NCBI GenBank assembly: GCA_002104945.1
Contig: MCFH01000066.1
Location: 62,001-126,000 of the forward strand
DNA length: 64,000 bases
Direction of reading: 5' to 3'
From: Piromyces finnis finn
Lineage: Eukaryota > Fungi > Neocallimastigomycota
Positions within the stretch are counted from its first letter, which is position 1. Every line of letters starts with the position of its first letter. A program made the translations under genes and the position numbers. This document shows, piece by piece, positions 11,958-25,483 of this stretch. The notes under the pieces are model-generated. The model was not told where the DNA came from and made no database searches. It worked only from the letters and a program-made list of their open reading frames with translations.

Positions 11958-12431
11958 TGCCTGTGGATTTTCCCACTGGGTTTGCCATGGGTTGGGTTAT
12001 GATATTCAGGTAAGTATAAATGAACTTTCTAATTTACTACTATGATAATAACACTCGTCTAGCCGGCCTGAGAGGGTCTAGTGTACATGGTACATTCCAA
12101 ATTAGAACTTAATAAGTGGTGACTTAGGTTATGCCAAAAACACATAATATTCCTTAATCAATTTAAGTGTAAACATTAGGGGGCGGTTGACACGTGATCA
12201 AATTGACTATAAGAGGCTTAGCATTGTATTTGTGAAATATTGTACAACGACATGCATCTAATGTACATGGATTAAGTGAGCGTCGAAGCTGAAGAAACAG
12301 TATGACAGACCAGGAGGGTCACAACTACCTAGCAATAGGAATGAGCCAACGTTTCTCTAAGAACCACCATTGGAGCTAACTCCGATCGATGGGAGAAATG
12401 AACTCGGAAGTTAAAAAAAAAAATCCTTTAA

Positions 12432-12463
12432 ATTTAAAGGGTTAGAAATTAATAATTAATTTT
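12432..12463 (+). promoter_or_regulatory. Conserved upstream motif of array gene 1
   Basis: atttaaagggttagaaattaataattaatttt is identical to 25136-25167 and one mismatch from 37246-37277. Confidence 0.55.
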
Positions 12464-12752
12464 TTTTTTGTAAATCATCCCCTTTAAACTTAAAAGGTAA
12501 AAGCACCTTAATTTTTCTTATTATTGATGTAATGTTTATATCAGAAGATAAGGTATAAGAATATTAAAAACAAGTTTATTTTTAATATTATATAGAAGAC
12601 AGTCTGATATGATAATTTAAAAAAGAATAAAAAATAACAACATTACCTTAAATAATAAAATTTTTAAAGTCATTTTGAATATCTTTATTATCCTAAAATA
12701 ATTAATAAATGTACATTTTTTAAATTATCCTTTAAAATAATAGTAATTCAAA

Positions 12753-15700
12753 ATGTTAATATCAAAAAGAATAAAATGGTAAGTATTATTTTTCTTAAAA
12801 AAAATAAAACATTTATATTATGTATATGTGATAAATAATTAACAAAACAAATATTTAATATAAATGATTTAAAAAAAGGTTGTCATTACAATATTTAGTT
12901 TTATTGTCCCTTTCAAAAAATGTACTTGGTCAAGATGGAGGTGGTGCTAATAATGCAGGTAATGATAAAATTTAATTAAAGAGTAATACTAGATAGTAGT
13001 ATTAGAATTAAATGATTTTTAATTATGGTTATAGTTTTAACAGCTTGTGGTGAAGGTGTTCCTGGTAGTTGCACGGGTTTAACTTCATCTGGTTATTGTT
13101 TAGAAGAAAGTAATATATATAAATTAAAAGCAGCAACTACTGTAGCAGATGCAGATGGCTCATGTAACCCAATCACAGGCGCTGCACTAAAACAATTTAA
13201 AGCTGATGGTAGTAGTGAGGTTACTATTTCTAATAATTCACTAGGTGTATTATATAAATGTGTTGCGGGTACTACTAATACAGATGATCCTTCAACGTGT
13301 ACTTAAATTGATGGAGGATATTATATGATTTTAGGAAAACAATTTTTATTTTTATGTACAGCATCGTCAACTCCAAAAAAGGGATATTACCTTTCTTCAA
13401 CAACAACAGATACAAAAAATAAATTATATAGTTATGTTGGTGATTCACCTTTTTTGAAAGCATTAACAACTGCAAATGATGGTTATTATCTAAGTGGTGA
13501 AGATTTTGAAAATAGTAGATATAATAATTTAATTAAATGTACATCAGAGAGTTGTATTAAATTAGAAGATGCAGAATTGAAATCAGGTTATTATTTGTGT
13601 GGCGAAGATTTTAAAAGTAATACATATAATAATTTAATTTATTGTGATTCTAATAAAAAATGTTCAAAGTTGGAAGGTCCTTCAAAATCCAGTTATTATG
13701 TTAGCAGGGAAGATTTTGACACAACTGGTTCATATTATAAAAAATTAATTAATTGAAATGAAAGTGAAAAATGTACTACTGCAGTTGAACCTACAGTTTT
13801 AGGTTTTTGCACAAATGGTGATGGAAAAACTGACACAGAGATAAAAAATTAATTGATTGTTCAACTGCTAATCAATGTAAAGAAGTGGATGAACCAAAAA
13901 AAGGTTATTATCTTCGTGGTGAATTAACATCATCAGATGACAAACCAATTTCATTGTTTGAATGTAAGGATAAATCTTGTACAGTGCAAAAACCTACTGG
14001 GGAAGGTCATTATTTAGATGCTTCTGGTATAGATGCTGGGGGAAAATACTCTAAATTAATTTTATGTAAACATGATGCTTCAAAAAAATGTGAATCTGCT
14101 GCTGTTGCTGCTGAAAGTATGCCTTACGATGTAGGTAATTATTACTTTTTAGATAGAAAGGATACTTCCAAGGTAATTAAGTGTACCTATAGTGATGACG
14201 GAAATAAATGCGAAGAAGTTGATGGTGAAAAAAAGGCAGGTTATGGTTATATAGATTTCGGAGCTAAAGGTAACGTAATTGCTTGTACTGAAGGTACATG
14301 TAAATCTTTGGAAAAGGTTAATGCGCAAGCTGAAGATGAAGAAAATAATATATTAGCACAGAACACGGGTTTTCTTGATACTAGTGAAGGTGAAAATACT
14401 TATAAAAATATAATTATATGTATTAATTTAGAATGAGGAGGCTGTACATCAATTCCAATTGATGGAGTTCAAGGACATGCTTTCTTAGATGGCACTAGTT
14501 ATTACTCAAATAGTAAGATATTTAAAAATGTCATAAAATGTATGGAATCTGGTGGTTGTACTCCTCTTGAATCAGTTCCATCGTATTCTACAGCTGAAGT
14601 ATATATTGATGCTGAAAGTGTTAGTTAAAGTGAAAAGTATGCTAATATTATTAAACCTGTAGTTTCAGGTACAACTACATTTTCAGTTGTAGAAGATAAT
14701 GACACTAATACTATGTACGCTTATATTGATGCTTCCGATAAGAAAAAAATTATTACCTGTGATGCTACAGAAAAGTGTAAGTCAGATGAAAATGGTGCAT
14801 CCTTTGCTGAAAAAGTTAAAGCTTTTTATATTAATGGGTTAATTCCAACAGAAATTATAGCTTGTGAAAAAGAGGATTCGGAATATAAAAGGATAGCAGG
14901 AAGTGAAGAAAAGGGTCAAACTAAATATTATGCTGATATAAAAACAAAAACTAATATAATAAAATGTGATTGGCCAAAAGATGGTGCATCACCTAATACA
15001 ATAAATTGTGTATCTGAAGCTCATGCTTCAAATAGCAGTGAAGAAAAATATTATTATATTGATGGATATGAAGATAAAAATATATTAGCATGTGATAAAA
15101 GTAATGGTTGTATTTCTTCAGAAAGCCTTGCTACTACTAGTCAACCATCCTATTATGTTGATGCTAATGAGAGTACTTCTAAATCAATTATTACTTGTAC
15201 TACTACGAAATGTACTTCTGAAGAAGGTGAAACCACTGAAGGAACTACTTACAAAGATTCACTGATGATAAAAAAGTTATGAATCAAAGAATGGAGTTAG
15301 CGATGATTGTGACACTTATATTGATGCCGGTGATTTATCCCAAATTTTAAATTGTAAAAGAGACGGTAGTTGTATTTATTTCAAAACAAAGCCATCATTC
15401 TATAATTCAGAATATTACGCTCGTTTATCTAATGGAGTAACAGCAATTATAGAATGTGATTATGATACTACCTCTGCTAAAAAAAGCATTTGTAAATTGG
15501 ATACAACAACAGCTTTTAAAACAAACTCAGTTTATAGAAATGCACTTTTTAATAAAGAAAATGGTGATTCCACCAACCCATTAATTATTTGTGACTCTTC
15601 TTCAAAGTGTACACCATCTAAAGCTAAGATTACAGGTAAAAGTAAGAGTTACTACATTAATTCTGACGTTAAAAGTGTTGAAAAAACTTTAAATAGTGAT

Positions 15701-18700
15701 AACCAACTTATTATTTGTAAAACCGATGAAGGATGTACTGAACAAAAAGCGAGTTCTAATGCTAATAATTTCCATTACTATGTTAATGCAGGAAGTACTT
15801 TTGAAACTTCCTTAAATGATACTTTTAATTGAATGCAAGGATACTTGTCAAGTTTTAAATACCGCTAAAGATAGTGATATTTATATAGATCAATTTGATT
15901 CTTCTCACACCATTCAATGCTATGAATCCAATGGTTGTAAATCTATTCCTAATCATGCTATTGATAAGAAGAATGAAATTTTTTTAAATTCAAGTCTTAA
16001 TAGTACTTCAAATGTTATATTAAAGATTTGATTAAATGTATCAACAAGAGTGTGATTACTTGTTCAGCAAAGGATGATGTTAAGGATGAAGTTTATAAAA
16101 ATTCTCATAACACAACTGAAATTATCTATTGTACATCAGAAAATGGATGTTAGAGTAAGACCAGTGGTGGTACCACACAACCGGAATATTAAGTTAATGC
16201 TGATCCAACTAATGTTGACAAATTAAATGGTGATTTAATAAAATGTAAGAATGATGGATCCAAAATAACATGTGAAGTCACCTACGGTAATGATGGAGAT
16301 ATCTTCCTTAATGCCAATTACGAAAATGATGCGGCCAAAAAGCCTTTGATTATATGTACTACTGAAAATGAATGTGCTACTAACGCTAGTAAGGCAGAAT
16401 CTAATTCAATTCCAGCTTACTACGTTAATGCTGGTAGTGTTCTTTCCTCTAAATTAAATGATACTCTGTTCCTTTGGTACAGCTGTTTAATATAATATTG
16501 AACTAACAGTTCAAAATATTTTTTATGATAATTCTGGTGAAAATGACGAAACTAATCCATTAATTAAATGTAATGCTAATGGCTGTAAGGTTAGCATTAG
16601 CTCTGCCACTGAAAAGAGTAAAGAATATTACATTAATGCAGGTGATGCGGATGAAAAACCACTTGCTAATGATATTATTGAATGTACTAGTAAAGAAAAT
16701 GTAATTCAATGTGAAGTATTAGAAAAGGCTGGAGAAGGTGTCTATGTCAAGTCCAACTATTCTGAAAATGGAGATGCCAAGCAATTAATTCAATGTCGTA
16801 AAGATACAGGATGTGCTGGTATCAAGACCTCACCATCCAATTCTGAATACTTTGTTAATGCTGAAGCTACCGATCTCAATAATGCCATTATTTTCTGTGC
16901 CAACAAAAAGTGTGAAAAACAAACACCAACTGGTGTTCCAACTTACTATGTTGGTAGTAATGGTGATAGTCAAGAGGATCAAGTCAATGGTTTAATTGAA
17001 TGTACAGAATCTGAACCAGCCGATGACGACACCTCACCCAGAAGAAAGAGAGCCACCGAAAAGAAATGTAAATTAAAGCCAGCTTTCACCTCCAATGGAT
17101 ACTACTTAAACAGTGGTTACAACAAGGCAGTTAATCAAACCATTCTTTGTGATTCTTCCGAAGGATGTGCCACTGAAAAGGTCATTCTTGGTTACTATGT
17201 CAATGCAGGTGATGCCACCAAACCAGTCATTAAATGTGAAAAGGAAGGTACAGAATGTGTTGAAGAAGAAAGCAAGGAATGTCCAAGTTCTTTTGATATT
17301 ATTCCAGGCAATTACTGTTACAGTGAAGGATCCTTAAAATTCTATCCATCTAGCAATTCCACAGCTATTTCTGCTTCTAAATCAGATGACATTTACACTT
17401 TTGCTACCATTCCAGCCAACGGTTTCCCAGGTATTAAATCTGAAACTGGAGCGTTATTCAAAATTTCTCGTTACTACATCAATCGTTTCTGCCAAAGTGG
17501 CGTTGTTATGATTGATAAGAATGGTAAATTAGTTGATAATTTATCAGCAGCTGATCAATCCGACATTAGTGTCTATGACTGTAATGATTCCACCAAGATG
17601 TGTACAGAACGTTCAGGATGTACCAGTAACACCTACATGTTTGATAGCGAAAACAAAAAGGCCGTTTTCTGTAATAACAATAAATTAGAATATGCCGAAT
17701 TCACTGGATATGTTGTTGATGGTAATCGTGCCGTTGGTACGAATCATCCATACATTATTCATTGTGAAAACAATGGTAGTAAATGTGAAAGTATCAAACC
17801 AAAAGTTTCCTCTTACTACGAAAACAATGGTTATGATTCCAGTGCCAATGGATTAATTGAATGCAGTGGTAATAACTGTATTACTGTTGGTGCCACTGTT
17901 GGATATTATGTTGGACATGAAGGTAAGGGTATTATTCAATGTACCTCTTCCACTTCATGTGTCTATGCCGATTCCAAGTCCAAGGTGAAGTATGTCAATG
18001 CTGGATCTAACAAATCCTCCAATGCCATCATTTCATGTACCAAGGATTCATGTGTCTCAACCAAGGCCAACACTGGTTACTATTTAACCTACACTAGTAC
18101 TCTTTTAATTCAATGTACTAATCCATCCAACTGTGTTGAATTCACACCATCTGTCAATTACTACGACAATGCTGATTCATCCGAAAGTAGCAATACCATC
18201 ATCAACTGTGTTCAAAACAGTCAAGTGATTACTTGTTCCACTGAAGCCACCAACAGTGGTTTCTACATTTCCAGTACACCAAATGTTTTAATTCGTTGTA
18301 AATCCGGCAACAAGTGTAAGACCGTCACAGTAAAGAATGGTATTTTCCGTGGAGCCATCAAGAGTAATACTTCAGGTTCAAAGCGTTCTGATGATGAAAA
18401 AGAAAGTCAAGTTGAAAGTTCAATTGAAAGTCAAATTGAAAGCGAAGTTGAAGTTGAAGGTAATGATGATGGAAAGAGTGTTGTTGTTCCAAGAGGATCC
18501 GATGATTCTGTAATGCTGACACAGAAAGAATAGATTAGGATATCTATTCTATTACAATAACACTAAATTTAAAATAAAATAAAAAATTGTTTTATTAAAA
18601 ATATCTTTTATTATAATAGAAATTTTATTAATAACAATTACATCGATAAAATGATGAAAAATATCTTCTATTTATATTTTTCCTAAATACATTTATATTA

Positions 18701-20909
18701 TATTATAACTATTTATTTCTTATATATTATTATTTAAAATCTACACTAAAATCTTAATTATTAATAAATATTTAAACTATAACTATTTTTAGTAAAATAC
18801 AATTGGCAATTCAAATTAAGTACTATTCAATTTGAATATGTGCCCATGTATTATTGATATATTAATCATTTATTATTTATCTATTTCTATAAAAAAACAA
18901 TACTAAAACTAGGGATTTAAATTGAGAATATTAATTTACTTGTTAAACATTAAAAATAAATTAATAATTTATTTTGTTTTAAACTTTAATTATTAATAAA
19001 TAAATTATGTCTCATTTTCTTTTTCTGAATATAATTTGTGTAACTTAAACAATAATACTTATGGCTTAAGTTACATTAAAGATATCAAGTTGAGGCGTTT
19101 GATATCTTTACAGATTCCTACGATATCATTCATTGTATTCAAGAAAAGTGTTCTGCCCTCTCCCCAAGCGAAGTCTCAGCCATTCCAATTTGTGAATTCA
19201 ACAACAACAAGTGTTACATCACCAATGAATATGCCATGACCAAGTCAGCCACCACTTCCATTTCAGCTGGTAGTATTTGTACCAACAATGATCGTTCCGT
19301 TTTCTACTTTGCTACCGATACTGTTGTTGTTAAGCCAAATGTTATTTCAGGTAGTACTACCACTTACATCTACACCACCACCAATTCCAACTGTTTAGAA
19401 GTCAATGATTCGTACAGTGACATGTACTTTACCGTTGGTTCGAACATCTACCTTTTAGATCAAGGTAGTGTTTTACAATTCTATGAACAAGGATACTATT
19501 TCATCAACACAGCCAAGAATGCCATTGTTGGTGGTAGTGATATTGACAATTACAATGACAAGAATGTCAAGCTCTACAGATGTAATGGTAGTAGTTGTAG
19601 CATTTTAGATAAACCCGATTCCTTAACTTTCTATGCCGATGTCAACAAACGTATTCTTAGATACAATGTCAACAGTGGTTCTTACTCTTTTGCCTATGAA
19701 AAGGACATCATTTGTATTTTTGCCAATAACAAGTGTACACCTAATGCTGATTTAAAGAATCAAGAATTCTGTATTACATACAAGGGAGAATTAGCTCTTG
19801 CCGAGGCAGATATCAAGAACCGTGAAACCGGAGAATGTTACAAGGCCAGTAGTCTTAGTTCCACCATCTATGGTTATTCTCAATCCTTATATTCCATGAA
19901 TTTATATTCAGCTGAAATGATTGATGAAACCGGCTATTACATTGTTAGTCTTTCCACCAACACCAACGTCGTCAGTAAGAACTACAAGACCAAGAATAAC
20001 AAACTTGTCATCTATGGTTGTCAACTCTCTTCCTGTAAGGAAATTGAACCAGAAGAATATGCCTATTACTATGATTCACGTGCCAAGACCATTCTTCGTT
20101 ACAAGGATGGTGCCTGGAAGACACCAGAAACATCTGGTTATGCCTACATCTCGATTGATCCCGTCAACACCTACATCTACAGATTCACCAAGATCAATGA
20201 TGAAGTCAAGATCAATGGTATTGCCAACTACGGCTACTACTACACGGTTGATGGAGAAATGTACAACTGTAATCAAGATGAAGGAGGTGCCTGTACTCCA
20301 GTCAACAACACCGGCTACTACTTTACCAATGCTGGTGAGGTTTACTACTGTGTCCATGATTCCGAAAACTTGGAACCAACCGAATGTACCAAGCAAGCTT
20401 GTATTAGTGGACAATACTATTACATTGATGAAGCCTACTACAGATGTGAAAGTAGTTCCAGTCTTGTTCCAGTGATGTCTCGTTACTGTTCGTACAATGA
20501 AAATGTCATCATCAACTTCCCATTAGCCTTGACCGAAGAATACCCAGATAAGATTAAGCAAGCAGTTGAAGGTATTGAAAAGAACAACAATTCCACAGCC
20601 ATTATTAGACGTAGTGGAAAGAATTATTTAGAATCTGTTTCCGGTATTTTCACCAACTGTACCTACAATGTTGAAGAAACCAAGTCCACATTTGATTTAG
20701 TTTGTGTCAACAACTTTGTCAAGGTTGATGAAGAAACGGATGATGTCAAGATTTGTTCCATTGAAAAACTTAGCTATGTTGAATGTACCGAAGAAGAAGA
20801 AAATCCCGAAAAATGTAATGTTAGTTTTGGTATTTCCAGAGCTTCTCTTTCCATTCCTAGTTTAGTAATATCTACTCTACTTGTTGTAATAATCAATGAA
20901 TGTAATTAA
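12753..20909 (+). pseudogene. Array gene 1: scaffoldin-like Cys-repeat surface protein pseudogene
   Basis: Exons 12753-12778, 12879-12958 and 13035 onward give signal peptide MLISKRIKWLSLQYLVLLSLSKNVLG. There are at least 6 nonsense codons (13304, 13754, 14434, 14626, ~16150, ~16190) and 4 frameshifts (~13840, ~15255, ~15825, ~16020), plus a solo LTR at 18509-19112. The 3' half is nearly identical to genes 2-4. Confidence 0.9.
18509..19112. mobile_element. Solo LTR (604 bp) with 5-bp target-site duplication
   Basis: TGTAA...TTACA termini and GATTC duplicated at 18504-18508 and 19113-19117. Removing it restores gatgattcctacgatatc as in the three paralogs. Confidence 0.93.
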
Positions 20910-23900
20910 ATTACGTTGTTTCAGGTAACAATGTATAAATACAAATACAATATTTGAAATCAAAATATTTCTTTTAAGAAATATATGTTAAATCATCAAA
21001 AACGTTAATTCATATCAAATATTATAAATTATTTATTTATAAAAATTTTACTCATTCATACTTAAAATTCGCAATACTTCATCATTTATAATCAAAAGTC
21101 ATATTTAATTCATATGTTAATTTTTAATATATAAAAATTAGCATTGCTCAATCTTCAATTTTCAATTATACTCAATTCATCTCATAATGAATTAAAATAT
21201 ATTTTAATTGGTTTAATTATATAAAATAACTCAAAAAATTATTTTAATTTTAAATCAAAAAAAAAAAAAAACTATTGATTAAATCAATTTTATAAATTAT
21301 AATTTATAAATTATTATTCATATTTAAAACAAAGTAGTAATTATTATTATAATTATTAATCATTATTTTATCAAATGATCAATATTCAAAATTTTCATTG
21401 AACTATTCATAGATGAAAATATATTTTTAAATATATTTTTAAATAATTTTTACATTCATAATAATATTATATATTTATTTTAATAAATATCAATTATTAT
21501 TCATTTATTATTATTATTATTATTATTATTATAATAATAGTTATTTTTTAAAAAAAAATATGTTAATATTTTTAACATTATTCAATTATTTAAATTTCAT
21601 ATCATAAATATCTGACAATTATAAGTAATTGTAAAAATCATATCTATTCATTGATAAATGATAAATTTGAATTTATCTATCTATTATTACAAAATACATA
21701 AATAAAAAAGAACTTTTTCATTAAATAAAATTAATAGTATTATTTATAATTAATACTTTTTAAAAAATATACATTTATTCAATAGTTAAAGTATGGAAAA
21801 ATTATAAAATAACTAGAAAAAAATATTAATGTTTAAAAGTTTAGTATTAATAGACTTTTAACACAATACATACACAAAAGAAAGTATTATTTTTTATATT
21901 CAATTTATTCAATTATTTAAAAAGTTTAATATTGCAGCATTTTAAATACTTTCTATTAGCATCCTTAAAACTTTCTTTAAGCACTTATTTTTTTTTACCT
22001 GTAAATTTTGCTATTAAATAAATAATAAAAAAAGTATTTAAATTTTTTTTTATTTTAATCCATCTTATATATATACATTTAATATTTAAAAATATAATAA
22101 ATAAATATATTCAATTTTACTTTTTTTTTCATTAATATCTATTATTATACGATTTTTTTTTAAAAAAATAATGCAAAAAACTATTTATATTTAATCAGTA
22201 AAAATATAATTTTATTTTATATTTATTTTATTTAAGAATATTAAATTATTAAAAGATATCCTTAAAAATATAAAATTTTGTATTTTAATTTTTGTTATGA
22301 TAACTTTTAAATATTTCAAAGCAAATATAATTGATGATGTATTTACTTACATTGGAAATATATTACTATTATATATATATATTTTATCTTTTTTTATTTT
22401 TATTAATAGTCTAAAAGTCCATTTTTATAATTTATCATGTGATTATTACATATACATTGATTTATGATTACATGTAATTAATTTATGATTTTAATTTTAA
22501 AAATTTAAAATGAATTATTAAATATCAGTTCATATATATTACAAATGTATACTAATAAATGATAAATAAATTAAAAATATAATAGAAAGTTTATTTATTA
22601 ATATCTTATTAATTAAAATTAATCAATATTAAATTAAATAATAAACCATTTATTTTACCATTGATTACATAATATAATAATTGTATATATTAAATATTAA
22701 AAATATTAATTAAATTCCAATTCTTTCATATATTAAAAAATGTTGAAAATTTAAAAAAAAATTGGAAACAAAAATTTTTCTCAAACAAAAAAATTTTTTT
22801 TTTTTTTGGGGGGGGGGGGGAGTTTAAATTTCTCCAAGTTTAAAAGATTTTTGAAACTTTTTTTATTCGAAAATTTTGGTAAAAAAAATTTTTTTTTATT
22901 TTTTGGATCTAAAACTTAACCCTTTGAATTGAATTTTTTTATTAGAAAAAAATTTGGAAAAAAAAAAAAAAAAAGAATTATTATTACTGTTATTATTATT
23001 TTTTATGGTTTACTTTTTTGATATTATTTGGCTATTAGTCATGAGTAATAGTATTTCTCAAAAGTACGATAATCAAGGTAATGATTTTTCATTATATATT
23101 AAAATTTATTGTAAGTGTAATATTATTTTTTTTAATATTTTTTAATATTTATTATATCTATTCTTTCATTATATAAAAAAGTATTGTTGCTATCAGTAAA
23201 ACCATTTTATAATGGTTATCTTGAAAATTGTATCTTTATATAAAATTAAATAATTATAATAAAAATATAATAAATGCAATATCCATTTAAACATAAAAAA
23301 TAAGTAAATAGAGGAAATGCTGTTTAAAAACTTTTAAAAATTATATGTTTTTTTTTCTAACTATAAAAATAGTTTATATTTTAGATGCTATAATAAACCG
23401 TTTAAAAAGCAATAACATAATTATATATCTTTATGTATTTTATATTTTTTTTAGTGTATAAATAAAAATTAGTATTTTACTTTCATATTTAGTTTTTTAA
23501 AATCTAGTAATACCATATTGTTAAATGAGATAAATATAATGAAAAAAAAATTAACCGATAAGCGATAATTGTTTTTACTATGATTAGTAATTATATATAA
23601 TAATTTTATAAACTGTAAAACAAAAAGATTCAAAATAAAAGTTACTATATGGAAAAGGTAAAAACCCATAAATGTTGGAGGAAAGTAATTTTTTATTATT
23701 AACAAAATAAAAGAATAATGTTCAATGATACGAATAAAGTTAAAAAGTTTATTATTTAAAAGCTATAAAATATTAGATGAATAGATTTTTTTAGAGTAAT
23801 AAAGTAAGTGATATAACCATTAATTTTTATAATACTAGATTTTTCATTATTTTTTATTCAAATATTTTATTATAGGAATATTTTTTTTCATGTATAAATA

Positions 23901-25135
23901 CAATATAAAAGTTAAAGGTACACAAAATAATAAATGTTTTATTCTACAATTAATAAATATTATTTTATGTTTTTTTTTTATTTGATTGAATATCTAATAT
24001 TTTTTTAATATAAATCAGAAAATATATTATAAAAATAAACATTTTAACAAAGATTTATTTCTCAAATTATTTAATGCATTATTCAAATGTGAAGCGGTAA
24101 TAATTCATAGTAAAAGTTTTTTTTTTTTGAAAATAATGATGAATTTGTAAAAAAAAAAATTTGAATAAATGGTCCCACCTTTTATATAATAAATTTTATA
24201 ATATTTTTATTGTTAAATTACTCATAATTTCTGTTCTCTTTTTTTTCTTTTTTTTTTATATAGTGTTTTTAACTTTTTTGCATATTCTTCGTATTGAAAA
24301 TAAATTTAAAAGGTTCATTTTCTTGTTTAACATATATAATAATATTTATTAATATTTAATATTATAATTAAAAAGATAGTGTCGACTAAAATTACATTAA
24401 TCCTTAGTAATTCTAAAAATAGCAATTTAAAAAATACTCTCTCTTTATATTTTGTATTAAAAAAGATAGTTAAATATTTTAAATTTGTTTACTATTGTTA
24501 TTTACAAAAATAAAATGATTTATTTTTCTCATATTTATTTATTTAAAAAAAAATAGTAATAAAACAAGTAACAAAGTAACAAAATAGTTGTTTGAATATT
24601 GTTTATACTAATATCACTATTATTATCTTTATACCAGTAATAATACCATTCTTTTTTTTTTTTTTCAATTGTCTAATTATACAACCCTATTTATTTTTCA
24701 AGGCAATTTTGTTTTTTAGTTTATTCATAAAAATATAATATTTAATAGAGATATATATATTTTTAATATTCTGTTGAAGATAAATAATAAATGATTAATA
24801 ATAACTAAAAAGAATAAATAAAGAATATTAATAATAAAATAATTACGTAGAAATAAAAACTTTATATATTTTTATTATAATTTCAATTTTTTTTTTTTTA
24901 TAATATTTTACTAAAAAAGTTTATTTATTATTAAAATTTTAATTTTTCCTTTAAAGATTCTTTTTTTTTTTTTTTTTTTTGATTTTTTCCCTCCGAATTT
25001 TAAATTTTTACTTTTTCTCTATTCGATAATTGCCGTAATTTTAAACTTTTAAAATATTTTTTGTATAAATTTCAAAACGCGATCTCAAATTTTATAGGTT
25101 TTAAAAAATAAAAAGAAAATAAAAAATCTTTTTTA

Positions 25136-25167
25136 ATTTAAAGGGTTAGAAATTAATAATTAATTTT
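25136..25167 (+). promoter_or_regulatory. Conserved upstream motif of array gene 2
   Basis: Same 32-mer as 12432-12463, followed by ccctttaaacttaaaag as in gene 1. Confidence 0.55.
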
Positions 25168-25483
25168 CTTTTACCTTCCCTTTAAACTTAAAAGAAAAGG
25201 TAAACATAGTTCTTTTATTTCGTGCTTTATTATAATATAGTATTATGAATTGAAGCTTGTATCAATTTTAAGAGTAGGCATAATAATAACTAAATTTTAA
25301 TATATATTTTATATTTTATATCTTTGGTAATAGTATTTAATCAAGAAAACGAAAATAAATATTATTAAAAATTGAATAAATTTATTTATTCTTTTATTGA
25401 AGAATAAAATATTGATTAGAAGAAATATCAATGTTTATTTAATTTTAATAACATTTATAATACTAAAAATAATTAAATAGAAA

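Noticed and set aside
12060-12077. tagccggcctgagagggt resembles a conserved bacterial 16S rRNA segment
   Set aside because: It is only 18 nt and the flanks do not continue any rRNA similarity, so it is most likely chance.
12285-12340. ctgaaga as a possible hammerhead ribozyme core
   Set aside because: No stem II followed by GAAA and no closing stems could be built.
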